From Enterobacteria phage vB_EcoM_IME340: DNA of 64,000 nt. The notes beneath the pieces are model-generated. The model saw only the letters and a program-made list of their open reading frames with translations. It was not told the DNA's origin and did not search any database. How positions within the stretch are numbered: position 1 is the stretch's first letter; each line of letters begins with the position of its first letter. Below are positions 28,187 to 38,887 of the stretch, piece after piece. The position numbers and the translations under genes were made by a program. The stretch lies in sequence record MH051916, one strand, 5' to 3'.

Positions 28187-28318
28187 ATGAATATCAAACG
28201 AATGCTTTTTAAACAAGGATTATACACTTTAAATGTTGCTCCAAAAGGCGATACGACCAAGTGGTCAGTAAATGACTGGATTAAATTCATTGATGAAAAT
28301 GGTAACTGGAAAATTTAA
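28187..28318 (+). CDS. hypothetical small protein (43 aa)
   Basis: GAGGAAAAT SD then ATG. Confidence 0.35.
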   Translation: MNIKRMLFKQGLYTLNVAPKGDTTKWSVNDWIKFIDENGNWKI

Positions 28319-28519
28319 ATGAATCCTGAATCTAAATTATCGCAACGAATTGCCGAAGCTCGTCGTCAGTTCTTTGAAAATATGATAGCCCAAGGTATTG
28401 ATGACGAAGTTTTTCTGAACTGGTTTTGGAATCACAAATATTCAAAATGCGCAGGAGCAATATTAATATCAGCCGCAATGATGTACGAAGGCTGGAAGGG
28501 CGCCAAACAGTTTAGCTAA
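28319..28519 (+). CDS. hypothetical protein (66 aa)
   Basis: TAAATG coupling; followed by terminator. Confidence 0.5.
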   Translation: MNPESKLSQRIAEARRQFFENMIAQGIDDEVFLNWFWNHKYSKCAGAILISAAMMYEGWKGAKQFS

Positions 28520-28537
28520 GGGCTTCGGCCCTTTTTG
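28519..28537 (+). terminator. intrinsic terminator
   Basis: GGGC-TTCG-GCCC hairpin plus TTTTT. Confidence 0.65.
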
Positions 28538-28571
28538 GATAATAAAATTTTAACGCAATTGAGGATAATGT

Positions 28572-28898
28572 ATGACTATTCAAATTAAAAACGCCATCAA
28601 TTCTTATGCATATGATAAAGTAGTTTCTCTGCTAGAAAAAGGCGATATTGTAACTCCTCAAATTTTGGATAAATGGGAAAAAGAGCTTCATCAGATGATG
28701 AAACAGAATGATCAGAAAATTGGACGAAATACTGTCCGTGAATTGTTAGTTCAATATATCTTGTCAGAATTTGATGTTAAAGCTTTTGGCGTAGAATCTA
28801 AAGCTTATCAAAAGCATGAAATTTCTGATAAAACTATTCGTCGTATGAAAAATCAACGCAAGAAAAAATTTGCTGACCTGAAAATTACTAAGGCATAA
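28572..28898 (+). CDS. hypothetical protein (108 aa)
   Basis: GAGGA SD. Confidence 0.5.
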   Translation: MTIQIKNAINSYAYDKVVSLLEKGDIVTPQILDKWEKELHQMMKQNDQKIGRNTVRELLVQYILSEFDVKAFGVESKAYQKHEISDKTIRRMKNQRKKKFADLKITKA

Positions 28899-28900
28899 TT

Positions 28901-29116
28901 ATGAATGAAGCTCTTATTAACGATTTACGTCTTGCCGGATATGAAGTAAATACAAACGGCATTGGTTTAACTCAAATTGAAGGAAACGGATTTATCCTTG
29001 AGTATGAATTTAGCCAATGGTGGTTATATGCTAATTACGGCAAACTGATTGAATATGTCGATCAGTTTGATTCACTAGATGCAGCTCTTGAAGCGGCTAA
29101 GTTGATGAATGTATGA
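28901..29116 (+). CDS. hypothetical protein (71 aa)
   Basis: ORF-track CDS. Confidence 0.5.
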   Translation: MNEALINDLRLAGYEVNTNGIGLTQIEGNGFILEYEFSQWWLYANYGKLIEYVDQFDSLDAALEAAKLMNV

Positions 29117-29382
29117 AATTTATTAATATTTCTATTACTATTGAAAATTATGGAATTTTCTATGTTGACCAATATATGAAAATTTCATTTTTCCCAAATA
29201 AGACTGGTGTTGGATATTGGGAAAGCCATGTTTCTGAATTAAATGAAAGTGAATATGTTAGCACACATGAAAAGTTTTTAGACTTTTTATATCATGCTGA
29301 TTTAACTAGTCATTACATAGATATTCATGAATTTAAAAAGATGATGGAGAAAGTGTTCCAAGCATACTGTTTACTTAGATAA
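29113..29382 (+). CDS. hypothetical protein (89 aa)
   Basis: ATGA overlap. Confidence 0.5.
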   Translation: MKFINISITIENYGIFYVDQYMKISFFPNKTGVGYWESHVSELNESEYVSTHEKFLDFLYHADLTSHYIDIHEFKKMMEKVFQAYCLLR

Positions 29383-29460
29383 CTGATATCCTCTATGCTT
29401 TAAGATAGATCTTCAAATATTATGATATAATAGATCTATGAATTGAGCTAAGAGGTGAAA

Positions 29461-30018
29461 ATGTCAGAAACTAAGCCTAAATATAATTACGTAAACAATA
29501 AAGAGCTTTTACAAGCTATTATTGATTGGAAAACAGAATTAGCAAATAATAAAGACCCAAATAAAGTAGTTCGTCAGAATGATACTATCGGATTAGCCAT
29601 TATGCTTATTGCAGAAGGCTTATCTAAACGTTTCAACTTTTCAGGATACACCCAGTCTTGGAAACAAGAAATGATTGCAGATGGTATAGAAGCTTCTATT
29701 AAGGGGCTTCATAATTTTGATGAAACGAAATATAAAAACCCACATGCATATATAACTCAAGCTTGTTTTAATGCATTCGTCCAACGTATTAAAAAAGAAC
29801 GTAAGGAAGTTGCAAAGAAATATAGTTACTTCGTTCACAATGTCTATGACAGTCGTGACGACGATATGGTTGCGTTAGTAGATGAAACTTTTATTCAAGA
29901 CATCTACGATAAAATGACGCATTACGAAGAATCAACCTATAGAACACCGGGGGCTGAAAAGAAAAGTGTTGTAGACGATTCTCCTAGTTTGGATTTTTTA
30001 TATGAGGCTAACGATTAA
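29461..30018 (+). CDS. 55: late-transcription sigma factor gp55
   Basis: 185 aa; [30 protein letters not shown]... matches T4 gp55 as recalled. Confidence 0.93.
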
Positions 30019-30220
30019 CCTCTCCGGATTCTTGGAAGAAATACCTGAAGTTGAAGCTATTCCCTATTTACTTAAAATGTATCTCAGGGAAGTTTTAGCT
30101 CTTGACATTGATATTGATCCAGAAAATCCGTATGATACCGCTTTTAAATCTAATGGTGTAGAATTAAACTATCGGTATCATTTAACAGATGATGATTTTT
30201 ATTTTATATTAGAGAAATAA
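30002..30220 (+). CDS. hypothetical protein (72 aa)
   Basis: ORF-track CDS. Confidence 0.5.
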
Positions 30221-30221
30221 T

Positions 30222-30539
30222 ATGACTGATAAACCCGAAATTAATGATGAAGTGGAAAAGCTTATTTCTTCTATTGAAGAAAAGAACCGTCTTGAAGCAG
30301 AAAGAAAAGCAAATAAGTTATTGTCTAAAAATAAACGCGAACTGAACCGTCTTTATAAACACGCTCAGATTGCAGCTGAAAACAATAATTTTGCTCAATA
30401 CGAATATGCTATCAAGAAAAGTCGGGATATTCTAAAACAGCCATATAACGATGAACTCATTAGTATTCTTTGGAAGACTACTAGATCGCAGATTGAGGAT
30501 ATGATTGATGCTTACACACGTAAAATTCAAGCGTCTTAA
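30222..30539 (+). CDS. hypothetical protein (105 aa)
   Basis: ORF-track CDS. Confidence 0.5.
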   Translation: MTDKPEINDEVEKLISSIEEKNRLEAERKANKLLSKNKRELNRLYKHAQIAAENNNFAQYEYAIKKSRDILKQPYNDELISILWKTTRSQIEDMIDAYTRKIQAS

Positions 30540-30711
30540 AATTAATGCAGGATTTACTGAATCTTTGAATGGTCATCTTTGTGTTAAAATTTCTGAAAAA
30601 GAATACCATGATAGTTCAATTAAAGAAGTTAATCCTCCTATTGTAAGAGCAGACCCTAATATGAAAGTGTGGGTTGATTCTTATCAAGTCAAAAAATGGT
30701 GGCAACTGTGA
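30508..30711 (+). CDS. hypothetical protein (67 aa)
   Basis: overlaps upstream ORF by ~30 nt; start uncertain. Confidence 0.4.
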   Translation: MLTHVKFKRLKINAGFTESLNGHLCVKISEKEYHDSSIKEVNPPIVRADPNMKVWVDSYQVKKWWQL

Positions 30712-30886
30712 AAGATGAACACCCAGACTTCTGAAAAGATTATAATAAAATTCGTTCCTCTAAAGTAGAAATGATGAGACGCTTTAAAGAGGCTCACGAT
30801 AAAGCTAAAGCAGAAGGAACTATAACGTATAAGCGCATAAAATTTAGAAGCTCTAATGAGCCTCTGTATGGTGTATTATGCGGATA

Positions 30887-30900
30887 GGAGCTTCGGCTCC
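30887..30900 (+). terminator. UUCG hairpin
   Basis: GGAGC-TTCG-GCTCC. Confidence 0.4.
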
Positions 30901-30953
30901 TATATTGCTTTATAAATTTTTGGTAAAATAAACCAAAACAATGAGGATATTAA

Positions 30954-32156
30954 ATGAAAGTATGCATTTTTATGGCTCGAGGTCTTGAAGGTTGCGGTGT
31001 AACTAAATTTTCTCTTGAGCAGCGTGATTGGTTTATTAAAAATGGTCATGAAGTAACTTTGGTTTATGCTAAAGATAAATCATTTACTCGTAATTGCGCG
31101 CATGATTATAAGTCATTTTCAATTCCAGTTTTATTGGCAAAAGAATACGATAAAACACTTAAGCTGGTAAATGATTGTGATATTCTAATTATCAATTCAG
31201 TTCCTGCTACTTCAGTAGAAGAAGACACCATTAATAACTATAAAAAAATTATTGATAACATTAAACCTTCGGTTCGTGTTGTAGTTTATCAGCATGACCA
31301 TTCTTCTCTTTCTTTACGCCGAAATTTGGGATTAGAAGAAACTGTTCGTCGAGCTGATGTTATTTTTAGCCATTCTGATAATGGTGATTTTAATAAAGTT
31401 TTAATGAAAGAATGGTATCCGGAAACTGTTTCTTTGTTTGATGATATTGAAGAAGCACCGACCGTATATAACTTTCAGCCTCCTATGGATATTGCGAAGG
31501 TTCGATCAACCTACTGGAAAGATGTTTCTGAAATTAACATGAATGTTAACCGTTGGATTGGTCGTACTACTACATGGAAAGGTTTTTATCAGATGTTTGA
31601 TTTTCACGAAAAACATCTTAAACCTGCAGGACTAAGTACTATTATGGAAGGTCTGGAACGTTCTCCAGCGTTCATTCCTATTAAAGAAAAAGGAATTCCA
31701 TACGAGTATTATCGTCTTCATCAAGTAGACCAAATTAAAATTGCTCCTAATTTGCCAACGCAAATTCTCGACCGCTATGTAAATAGCGAAATGCTTGAAC
31801 GCATGAGTAAATCCGGATTTGGTTATCAGCTAAGCAAGTTGGACAAAAAATATCTACAACGTTCTTTAGAATATACTCATCTCGAGCTTGGTGCATGTGG
31901 AACAATTCCGGTATTTTGGAAATCTACTGGCGAAAATTTAAAATTCCGTGTTGATAATACTCCTTTGACCTCACATGATAGCGGTATCATTTGGTTTGAT
32001 GAAAATGATATGGAATCAACATTTGAACGTATTAAAGAACTGTCATCTGACCGAGCTCTTTATGACCGTGAGCGAGAAAAAGCATATGAATTTTTGTATC
32101 AGCATCAAGATTCAAGCTTCTGCTTTAAAGAACAGTTTGACATTATTACAAAATAA
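30954..32156 (+). CDS. agt: DNA alpha-glucosyltransferase (HMC glucosylation)
   Basis: 400 aa; ...CIFMARGLEGCGVTKFSLEQRDWFIKNGHEVTLVYAKDKSFTR... matches T4 alpha-gt as recalled. Confidence 0.93.
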   Translation: MKVCIFMARGLEGCGVTKFSLEQRDWFIKNGHEVTLVYAKDKSFTRNCAHDYKSFSIPVLLAKEYDKTLKLVNDCDILIINSVPATSVEEDTINNYKKIIDNIKPSVRVVVYQHDHSSLSLRRNLGLEETVRRADVIFSHSDNGDFNKVLMKEWYPETVSLFDDIEEAPTVYNFQPPMDIAKVRSTYWKDVSEINMNVNRWIGRTTTWKGFYQMFDFHEKHLKPAGLSTIMEGLERSPAFIPIKEKGIPYEYYRLHQVDQIKIAPNLPTQILDRYVNSEMLERMSKSGFGYQLSKLDKKYLQRSLEYTHLELGACGTIPVFWKSTGENLKFRVDNTPLTSHDSGIIWFDENDMESTFERIKELSSDRALYDREREKAYEFLYQHQDSSFCFKEQFDIITK

Positions 32157-32171
32157 AGGGCTTCGGCCCTT
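32154..32171 (+). terminator. UUCG hairpin / weak terminator
   Basis: AAAGGGC-TTCG-GCCCTTT. Confidence 0.5.
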
Positions 32172-32332
32172 TAGCTTTATACGGAGTTTGATATAATGAT
32201 ATTTCTTGGATATGTGATACTTTTTCTTGCATTTTATCTATTCACTAGAGCATGTTGGATTGGGTTCTTTAGCACTCCAGATGGATTTATTTCAATAATT
32301 TTATTTTGCATTTCAATGACGGTTCTTGATAT

Positions 32333-33352
32333 ATGAAAATTTTAAATTTAGGTGATTGGCATTTAGGCGTTAAAGCTGATGATGAGTGGATTCGCGGTAT
32401 TCAAATTGATGGAATTAAGCAAGCGATAGAATATTCTAAGAAAAATGGAATTACGGTATGGATTCAATACGGTGATATTTTTGATGTGCGAAAAGCGATC
32501 ACGCATAAAACTATGGAGTTTGCCCGTGAAATAGTTCAAATGCTTGATGATGCTGGTATTACCCTGCATACTGTTGTAGGAAACCATGATATGCACTTTA
32601 AAAATACTTTAACTCCAAATGCTTCTACTGAGCTTTTGGCTAAATATCCTAATGTTAAAGTATATGATAAGCCTACTACAGTAGATTTTGACGGATGTTT
32701 GATTGATTTAATTCCTTGGATGTGCGAAGAAAATACTGGTGAAATTCTTGAACACATTAAAACTTCATCTGCTTCCTTTTGTGTCGGTCACTGGGAACTG
32801 AATGGATTTTATTTTTATAAAGGAATGAAATCTCACGGTCTTGAACCTGATTTCCTTAAGACTTATAAAGAAGTGTGGTCTGGTCACTTCCATACTATCT
32901 CTGAGGCTGCTAACGTCAGATATATTGGGACACCATGGACACTAACTGCAGGTGACGAGAATGACCCTCGTGGGTTCTGGATGTTTGATACAGAAACAGA
33001 ACGAATGGAATTTATTCCAAACAACACTACCTGGCATCGTCGAATTCAATATCCATTTAAGGGAAAAATTGACTATAAAGATTTTACAAATCTATCAGTA
33101 CGTGTTATAGTAACTGAGGTAGACAAAAATCTGACGAAGTTCGAATCTGAACTAGAAAAAGTTGTGCATTCATTACGAGTTGTGTCAAAGATTGATAACT
33201 CTGTCGAGTCAGATGATAGTGAAGAAGTTGAAGTTCAATCTCTTCAGACGTTGATGGAAGAATACATTAATGCAATTCCAGACATCACTGATTCTGATCG
33301 CGAAGCACTTATTCAATATGCAAATCAGTTATATGTAGAGGCAACACAATGA
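32333..33352 (+). CDS. 47: recombination endonuclease subunit gp47 (Mre11-like)
   Basis: 339 aa; MKILNLGDWHLG phosphoesterase motif, GNHD. Confidence 0.92.
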   Translation: MKILNLGDWHLGVKADDEWIRGIQIDGIKQAIEYSKKNGITVWIQYGDIFDVRKAITHKTMEFAREIVQMLDDAGITLHTVVGNHDMHFKNTLTPNASTELLAKYPNVKVYDKPTTVDFDGCLIDLIPWMCEENTGEILEHIKTSSASFCVGHWELNGFYFYKGMKSHGLEPDFLKTYKEVWSGHFHTISEAANVRYIGTPWTLTAGDENDPRGFWMFDTETERMEFIPNNTTWHRRIQYPFKGKIDYKDFTNLSVRVIVTEVDKNLTKFESELEKVVHSLRVVSKIDNSVESDDSEEVEVQSLQTLMEEYINAIPDITDSDREALIQYANQLYVEATQ

Positions 33353-33612
33353 CTTTTGATGAATTTAAAAATGTTATGATGAGTCAGCATTTTGAATGCG
33401 AAGTAAAAGATGATATTGGGCATAAAGAAATTATTGAATACTGGTTTGAACCACTAGAGGTTGAAGATAAGTGTATTAAAAAGGTTACGGTCTGCACTGA
33501 CTGGGCTGTATCTTTTAACTTCAACATTTTAGATAATGACACACCTAAATCATTACAAGATATGGCTGTATCTTGTATTAAGGATGCATACTGTGAAGTT
33601 TTCGACATTTGA
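33349..33612 (+). CDS. hypothetical protein (87 aa), 46.x position
   Basis: ATGA overlap with 47. Confidence 0.5.
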   Translation: MTFDEFKNVMMSQHFECEVKDDIGHKEIIEYWFEPLEVEDKCIKKVTVCTDWAVSFNFNILDNDTPKSLQDMAVSCIKDAYCEVFDI

Positions 33613-33799
33613 CATTAACGATGAATTCATAGCAAATATTGATTACACCGAAGAAGATTCTAGATATGTTGGAATAATTTATATCACATCAAAAGCAGCA
33701 CAAGGTGTTGTTTGCATGGCTGAATTTGATGAATACTTTTTAGATTATGATGATATGATAGAATGGTCTAAAAGATACATTAAAAGGAATCTTTTGTGA
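33584..33799 (+). CDS. hypothetical protein (~71 aa), start uncertain
   Basis: ORF-track frame 33536-33799; internal ATG chosen to minimise overlap. Confidence 0.4.
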   Translation: MHTVKFSTFDINDEFIANIDYTEEDSRYVGIIYITSKAAQGVVCMAEFDEYFLDYDDMIEWSKRYIKRNLL

Positions 33800-35478
33800 A
33801 GAATTTTAAACTAAACCGAGTTAGGTATCAAAATATAATGTCAGTAGGTGGAAATCCTATTGACATTCAACTAGATAAGGTTCAAAAAACTCTTATTACT
33901 GGGCGAAATGGCGGTGGTAAGTCTACTATGTTAGAAGCCATCACATTTGGGCTTTTTGGCAAGCCATTTCGTGATGTAAAGAAAGGCCAATTAATAAACA
34001 GTACAAATAAGAAAGAACTTTTAGTTGAACTGTGGATGGAATATGATGAGAAAAAGTACTATATCAAAAGAGGACAAAAACCAAATGTTTTCGAAATCAC
34101 CGTTAACGGTACACGTCTTAATGAATCTGCCAGCAGTAAAGATTTCCAAGCAGAATTTGAACAGCTTATCGGAATGTCATACGCCAGTTTCAAACAGATC
34201 GTCGTACTCGGCACGGCTGGATATACCCCTTTCATGGGCCTATCCACTCCTGCAAGAAGAAAACTCGTCGAAGACCTGCTCGAGGTAGGAACATTAGCTG
34301 AAATGGATAAGCTTAATAAAGCACTAATACGTGAATTAAATTCACAAAATCAAGTGCTTGATGTTAAAAAAGATAGTATTATCCAACAAATTAAAATATA
34401 TAACGATAATGTTGAACGCCAGAAAAAATTAACTGGTGATAACCTTACTCGTCTGCAGAATATGTATGATGATTTGGCAAAAGAAGCTAGAACGCTAAAA
34501 TCGGAAATAGAAGAAGCTAATGAAAGATTAGTTAATATTGTTTTGGATGAAGACCCGACTGATGCATTTAATAAAATCGGTCAAGAAGCATTTTTAATTA
34601 AATCAAAAATTGACTCGTATAATAAAGTCATTAATATGTATCACGAAGGTGGATTATGTCCAACCTGTTTGTCACAATTAAGTTCCGGTGATAAAGTTGT
34701 TTCTAAAATTAAAGATAAAGTTTCTGAATGTACGCATTCATTTGAACAGCTTTCAACACACCGTGATAATTTAAAAGTTCTTGTTGATGAATACCGAGAT
34801 AATATTAAAACCCAGCAGACGTTGGCAAATGATATTCGCAATAAAAAGCAATCCTTAATCACGACGGTAGATAAAGCTAAAAAAGTTAAAGCGGCTATAG
34901 AAAAAGCATCATCCGAGTTTATTGACCATGCTGATGAAATAGCACTGCTTCAAGAAGAACTTGATAAAATTGTTAAGACAAAAACTAATTTAGTAATGGA
35001 AAAATACCATAGAGGAATTTTGACTGATATGCTCAAAGATTCTGGTATTAAAGGTGCTATTATTAAAAAGTACATTCCATTATTTAATAAGCAGATTAAC
35101 CATTATCTTAAAATAATGGAAGCGGATTATGTGTTTACATTAGATGAAGAATTTAATGAGACAATTAAATCCCGTGGTCGTGAAGATTTTAGTTATGCTT
35201 CATTTAGTCAAGGTGAAAAAGCACGAATTGATATTGCTCTTTTATTTACTTGGCGTGATATTGCTGAAAAAGTTTCAGGTGTTAAAATAAACACACTAAT
35301 TCTTGATGAAGTTTTTGATTCAGCAACTGATGTTGAAGGTGTAAAAGCTATTTCAACTATTTTAGATAGTTTAAAAAATACTAATGTTTTTGTTATTTCG
35401 CATAGAGACCATGACCCACAAGCATATGGTCAGCATCTTCAAATGAAAAAAGTTGGTCGATTTACTGTAATGGTTTAA
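33796..35478 (+). CDS. 46: recombination endonuclease subunit gp46 (Rad50/SbcC-like ATPase)
   Basis: 560 aa; Walker A GRNGGGKST, central coiled coil with CPTC zinc hook, C-terminal LILDEVFD; GTG start. Confidence 0.92.
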   Translation: MKNFKLNRVRYQNIMSVGGNPIDIQLDKVQKTLITGRNGGGKSTMLEAITFGLFGKPFRDVKKGQLINSTNKKELLVELWMEYDEKKYYIKRGQKPNVFEITVNGTRLNESASSKDFQAEFEQLIGMSYASFKQIVVLGTAGYTPFMGLSTPARRKLVEDLLEVGTLAEMDKLNKALIRELNSQNQVLDVKKDSIIQQIKIYNDNVERQKKLTGDNLTRLQNMYDDLAKEARTLKSEIEEANERLVNIVLDEDPTDAFNKIGQEAFLIKSKIDSYNKVINMYHEGGLCPTCLSQLSSGDKVVSKIKDKVSECTHSFEQLSTHRDNLKVLVDEYRDNIKTQQTLANDIRNKKQSLITTVDKAKKVKAAIEKASSEFIDHADEIALLQEELDKIVKTKTNLVMEKYHRGILTDMLKDSGIKGAIIKKYIPLFNKQINHYLKIMEADYVFTLDEEFNETIKSRGREDFSYASFSQGEKARIDIALLFTWRDIAEKVSGVKINTLILDEVFDSATDVEGVKAISTILDSLKNTNVFVISHRDHDPQAYGQHLQMKKVGRFTVMV

Positions 35479-35533
35479 TTTATAAGAGATTATGCTTTAA
35501 TTTATTAGAGTATAATCTCTATGGAGGAAAAAC

Positions 35534-35722
35534 ATGGAATATTCAACTGGACAGCATCTATTAACTATTCCTGAAATAAAACGATATATTCTGAGAAATA
35601 ATTTTTCTAATGAAGAGCATATAGTTACTGAATCTATGCTTAAGAATGCATTTAAAGCAGAATATACGAAAATAATGTCCAATAGAAATGAAGCTTGGAC
35701 TGTTACTGATTATTATGACTAA
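35534..35722 (+). CDS. hypothetical protein (62 aa)
   Basis: GGAGG SD. Confidence 0.5.
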   Translation: MEYSTGQHLLTIPEIKRYILRNNFSNEEHIVTESMLKNAFKAEYTKIMSNRNEAWTVTDYYD

Positions 35723-35731
35723 AGGTGTATT

Positions 35732-36121
35732 ATGACTAAAATTACTGTGAATTATACTGTTGATGTAAAAGATATTCAGCCAAAACACGTGCGTTCTGAA
35801 TCAAATCCGCAAAACCAAAATAAAATTCGTCGAGCATGGGTTTTGTCTCTTTCTGATAACGCAATGGAAGTTATTCAGAACAAAATTAAATCTGCACCTG
35901 CTCGTCATGCATATTATGAAGCTATCGATCGTGAAGTGAGTGATAAATGGATTGAACTGATGCGCAAACATACGACAGAATCTCTAAATGCTGGTGCTAA
36001 ATTTATTATGACTTCATGTGGTGAACGCCTTGAAGATGATTATTGCGGTAATGCAGATGAACGTCTAATTGTTGCTGCTCAAATTGTTGCGGAAACAATT
36101 GCTGCTGATTTTAATCGTTAA
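35732..36121 (+). CDS. rpbA: RNA polymerase-binding protein RpbA
   Basis: 129 aa, position between 46 and 45; sequence consistent with T4 RpbA as recalled. Confidence 0.8.
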   Translation: MTKITVNYTVDVKDIQPKHVRSESNPQNQNKIRRAWVLSLSDNAMEVIQNKIKSAPARHAYYEAIDREVSDKWIELMRKHTTESLNAGAKFIMTSCGERLEDDYCGNADERLIVAAQIVAETIAADFNR

Positions 36122-36160
36122 TTGCTTTATTAAATTAGTTATAAAATTAAATCTCATTTG
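36122..36160 (+). promoter_or_regulatory. putative MotA-dependent middle promoter for gene 45
   Basis: MotA-box-like TTGCTTTA followed ~12 nt later by TATAAA. Confidence 0.4.
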
Positions 36161-36176
36161 AATTGAAGGAAATTAC

Positions 36177-36863
36177 ATGAAACTGTCTAAAGATACTACT
36201 GCTCTGCTTAAAAATTTCGCTACTATTAACTCTGGTATTATGCTTAAATCCGGTCAATTTATTATGACTCGCGCGGTTAATGGTACAACTTATGCAGAAG
36301 CAAATATTTCTGACACTATTGATTTTGATGTAGCAATTTATGATTTGAACGGTTTTCTCGGTATTCTGTCTCTAGTTAATGACGATGCAGAAATTTCCCA
36401 GTCAGAAGACGGTAATATTAAAATTGCTGATGCTCGTTCAACAATTTTTTGGCCAGCAGCCGATCCGAGTACAGTAGTTGCTCCTAATAAACCAATTCCA
36501 TTCCCAGTAGCATCTGTTGTTACTGAAATTAAAGCTGAAGACCTTCAACAGCTATTGCGTGTATCTCGTGGTCTGCAGATTGATACAATCGCTATCACAG
36601 TAAAAGAAGGTAAAATCGTAATTAACGGTTTTAATAAAGTAGAAGATTCTGCTTTGACCCGTGTTAAATATTCTTTGACTCTTGGTGATTATGATGGTGA
36701 AAACACATTTAATTTCATTATCAATATGGCAAATATGAAAATGCAACCAGGAAATTATAAACTTCTGCTCTGGGCAAAAGGTAAACAAGGTGCTGCTAAA
36801 TTTGAAGGTGAACACGCGAATTATGTAGTAGCTCTTGAAGCTGATTCTACCCACGATTTTTAA
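36177..36863 (+). CDS. 45: sliding clamp gp45
   Basis: 228 aa; MKLSKDTTALLKNFATINSGIMLKSGQFIMTRAVNG... matches T4 gp45 as recalled. Confidence 0.95.
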   Translation: MKLSKDTTALLKNFATINSGIMLKSGQFIMTRAVNGTTYAEANISDTIDFDVAIYDLNGFLGILSLVNDDAEISQSEDGNIKIADARSTIFWPAADPSTVVAPNKPIPFPVASVVTEIKAEDLQQLLRVSRGLQIDTIAITVKEGKIVINGFNKVEDSALTRVKYSLTLGDYDGENTFNFIINMANMKMQPGNYKLLLWAKGKQGAAKFEGEHANYVVALEADSTHDF

Positions 36864-36867
36864 TAGA

Positions 36868-36882
36868 GGGCTTCGGCCCTTT
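36868..36882 (+). terminator. UUCG hairpin / weak terminator
   Basis: GGGC-TTCG-GCCC then TTT. Confidence 0.5.
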
Positions 36883-36914
36883 ATAATTTACACTAAAACT
36901 TGAATGAGGAAATT

Positions 36915-37874
36915 ATGATTACTGTAAATGAAAAAGAACACATTCTTGAACAGAAATATCGTCCATCTACTATCGATGAATGTATTCTTCCCGCCTTTGA
37001 TAAAGAAACCTTTAAATCTATTACAAGTAAAGGTAAGATTCCGCATATTATTCTTCATTCTCCTTCTCCAGGAACAGGTAAAACAACTGTAGCAAAAGCA
37101 TTGTGTCATGACGTAAATGCTGATATGATGTTTGTGAATGGATCAGATTGTAAAATTGATTTCGTTCGCGGTCCTTTGACCAATTTTGCTAGTGCAGCTT
37201 CATTTGATGGTCGTCAAAAAGTAATCGTCATTGATGAATTTGACCGTTCAGGATTAGCAGAGTCTCAGCGACATCTTCGTTCCTTTATGGAAGCTTATAG
37301 TTCAAACTGTAGTATTATTATTACTGCTAACAATATTGATGGTATTATTAAACCGCTTCAGTCACGCTGCCGAGTTATTACGTTCGGTCAACCGACCGAT
37401 GAAGATAAAATTGAAATGATGAAGCAGATGATTCGTCGATTGACTGAAATCTGTAAGCATGAAGGAATTGCTATAGCTGATATGAAAGTTGTAGCAGCTT
37501 TGGTTAAAAAGAATTTTCCTGATTTTCGTAAAACTATTGGCGAGCTCGATAGTTATTCATCTAAAGGTGTTTTGGATGCTGGTATTTTATCACTGGTTAC
37601 TAACGATCGTGGTGCTATTGATGATGTTCTTGAGTCTCTCAAAAATAAAGATGTTAAACAACTCAGAGCTTTAGCACCAAAATATGCGGCTGATTATTCG
37701 TGGTTCGTTGGTAAACTTGCTGAAGAAATCTATACACGCGTAACTCCGCAAAGTATTATTCGTATGTATGAAATTGTTGGTGAAAATAACCAGTATCATG
37801 GAATTGCGGCTAATACTGAATTACATTTAGCATATCTTTTCATTCAATTAGCGTGTGAAATGCAGTGGAAGTGA
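36915..37874 (+). CDS. 44: clamp loader large subunit gp44
   Basis: 319 aa; [22 protein letters not shown]..., Walker A GTGKTT. Confidence 0.95.
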   Translation: MITVNEKEHILEQKYRPSTIDECILPAFDKETFKSITSKGKIPHIILHSPSPGTGKTTVAKALCHDVNADMMFVNGSDCKIDFVRGPLTNFASAASFDGRQKVIVIDEFDRSGLAESQRHLRSFMEAYSSNCSIIITANNIDGIIKPLQSRCRVITFGQPTDEDKIEMMKQMIRRLTEICKHEGIAIADMKVVAALVKKNFPDFRKTIGELDSYSSKGVLDAGILSLVTNDRGAIDDVLESLKNKDVKQLRALAPKYAADYSWFVGKLAEEIYTRVTPQSIIRMYEIVGENNQYHGIAANTELHLAYLFIQLACEMQWK

Positions 37875-37875
37875 T

Positions 37876-38439
37876 ATGAGCTTATTTGAAGATGATATTC
37901 AATTAAACGAGCATCAAGTTGCTTGGTATTCAAAAGATTGGACAGCTGTCCAATCTGCTGCTGATTCTTTTAAAGAAAAAGCTGAAAATGAATTTTTTGA
38001 AATAATTGGAGCTATTAATAATAAAACTAAATGCTCTATTGCTCAAAAAGATTATTCAAAATACATGGTTGAGAATGCATTATCACAATTTCCTGAGTGC
38101 ATGCCAGCTGTATATGCTATGAATTTAATTGGATCAGGTTTAAGTGATGAAGCCCATTTTAATTATCTGATGGCTGCTGTTCCTCGGGGTAAAAGATATG
38201 GTAAATGGGCAAAACTGGTTGAAGATTCTACCGAAGTATTGATTATTAAGTTACTTGCTAAGCGGTATCAAGTTAATACAAATGATGCAATTAACTATAA
38301 ATCAATTCTTACTAAAAATGGAAAACTTCCTTTAGTATTAAAAGAACTAAAAGGTTTAGTCACGGATGATTTTTTGAAAGAAGTGACTAAGAATGTAAAA
38401 GAACAGAAACAACTCAAAAAACTAGCATTGGAATGGTAA
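37876..38439 (+). CDS. 62: clamp loader small subunit gp62
   Basis: 187 aa; [22 protein letters not shown]... Confidence 0.9.
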   Translation: MSLFEDDIQLNEHQVAWYSKDWTAVQSAADSFKEKAENEFFEIIGAINNKTKCSIAQKDYSKYMVENALSQFPECMPAVYAMNLIGSGLSDEAHFNYLMAAVPRGKRYGKWAKLVEDSTEVLIIKLLAKRYQVNTNDAINYKSILTKNGKLPLVLKELKGLVTDDFLKEVTKNVKEQKQLKKLALEW

Positions 38440-38440
38440 A

Positions 38441-38809
38441 ATGATTGAAATTACTCTTAAAAAACCTGAAGATTTTCTGAAAGTAAAAGAAACTTTGACT
38501 CGTATGGGAATTGCTAATAATAAAGATAAAGTTCTGTATCAGTCCTGCCACATTCTTCAGAAAAAAGGACTATACTATATCGTTCATTTTAAAGAAATGC
38601 TTCGTATGGATGGTCGCCAGGTTGAAATGACAGAAGAAGATGAAGTTCGTCGTGATTCGATTGCATGGCTGTTAGAAGATTGGGGACTGATTGAAATCGT
38701 TCCTGGTCAAAGAACTTTTATGAAAGATTTAACCAATAACTTCCGAGTTATTTCTTTTAAACAAAAACATGAATGGAAACTCGTTCCTAAATATACGATT
38801 GGCAATTAA
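38441..38809 (+). CDS. regA: translational repressor RegA
   Basis: 122 aa; MIEITLKKPEDFLKVKETLTRMGIANNKDKVLYQSCHILQKKGLYYIVHFKEM... Confidence 0.95.
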   Translation: MIEITLKKPEDFLKVKETLTRMGIANNKDKVLYQSCHILQKKGLYYIVHFKEMLRMDGRQVEMTEEDEVRRDSIAWLLEDWGLIEIVPGQRTFMKDLTNNFRVISFKQKHEWKLVPKYTIGN

Positions 38810-38813
38810 GCAA

Positions 38814-38830
38814 GGGGCTTCGGCCCCTTA
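38814..38830 (+). terminator. UUCG hairpin
   Basis: GGGGC-TTCG-GCCCC. Confidence 0.5.
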
Positions 38831-38851
38831 TTTGGAGTATAATATATCAAG

Positions 38852-38887
38852 AGCCTAATAACTCGGGCTATAAACTAAGGAATATCT
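38852..38887 (+). promoter_or_regulatory. gene 43 translational operator (hairpin plus SD)
   Basis: 5-bp stem AGCCU/GGGCU with 8-nt loop AAUAACUC directly upstream of SD AAGGAA and ATG; matches the known gp43 autogenous operator architecture. Confidence 0.6.
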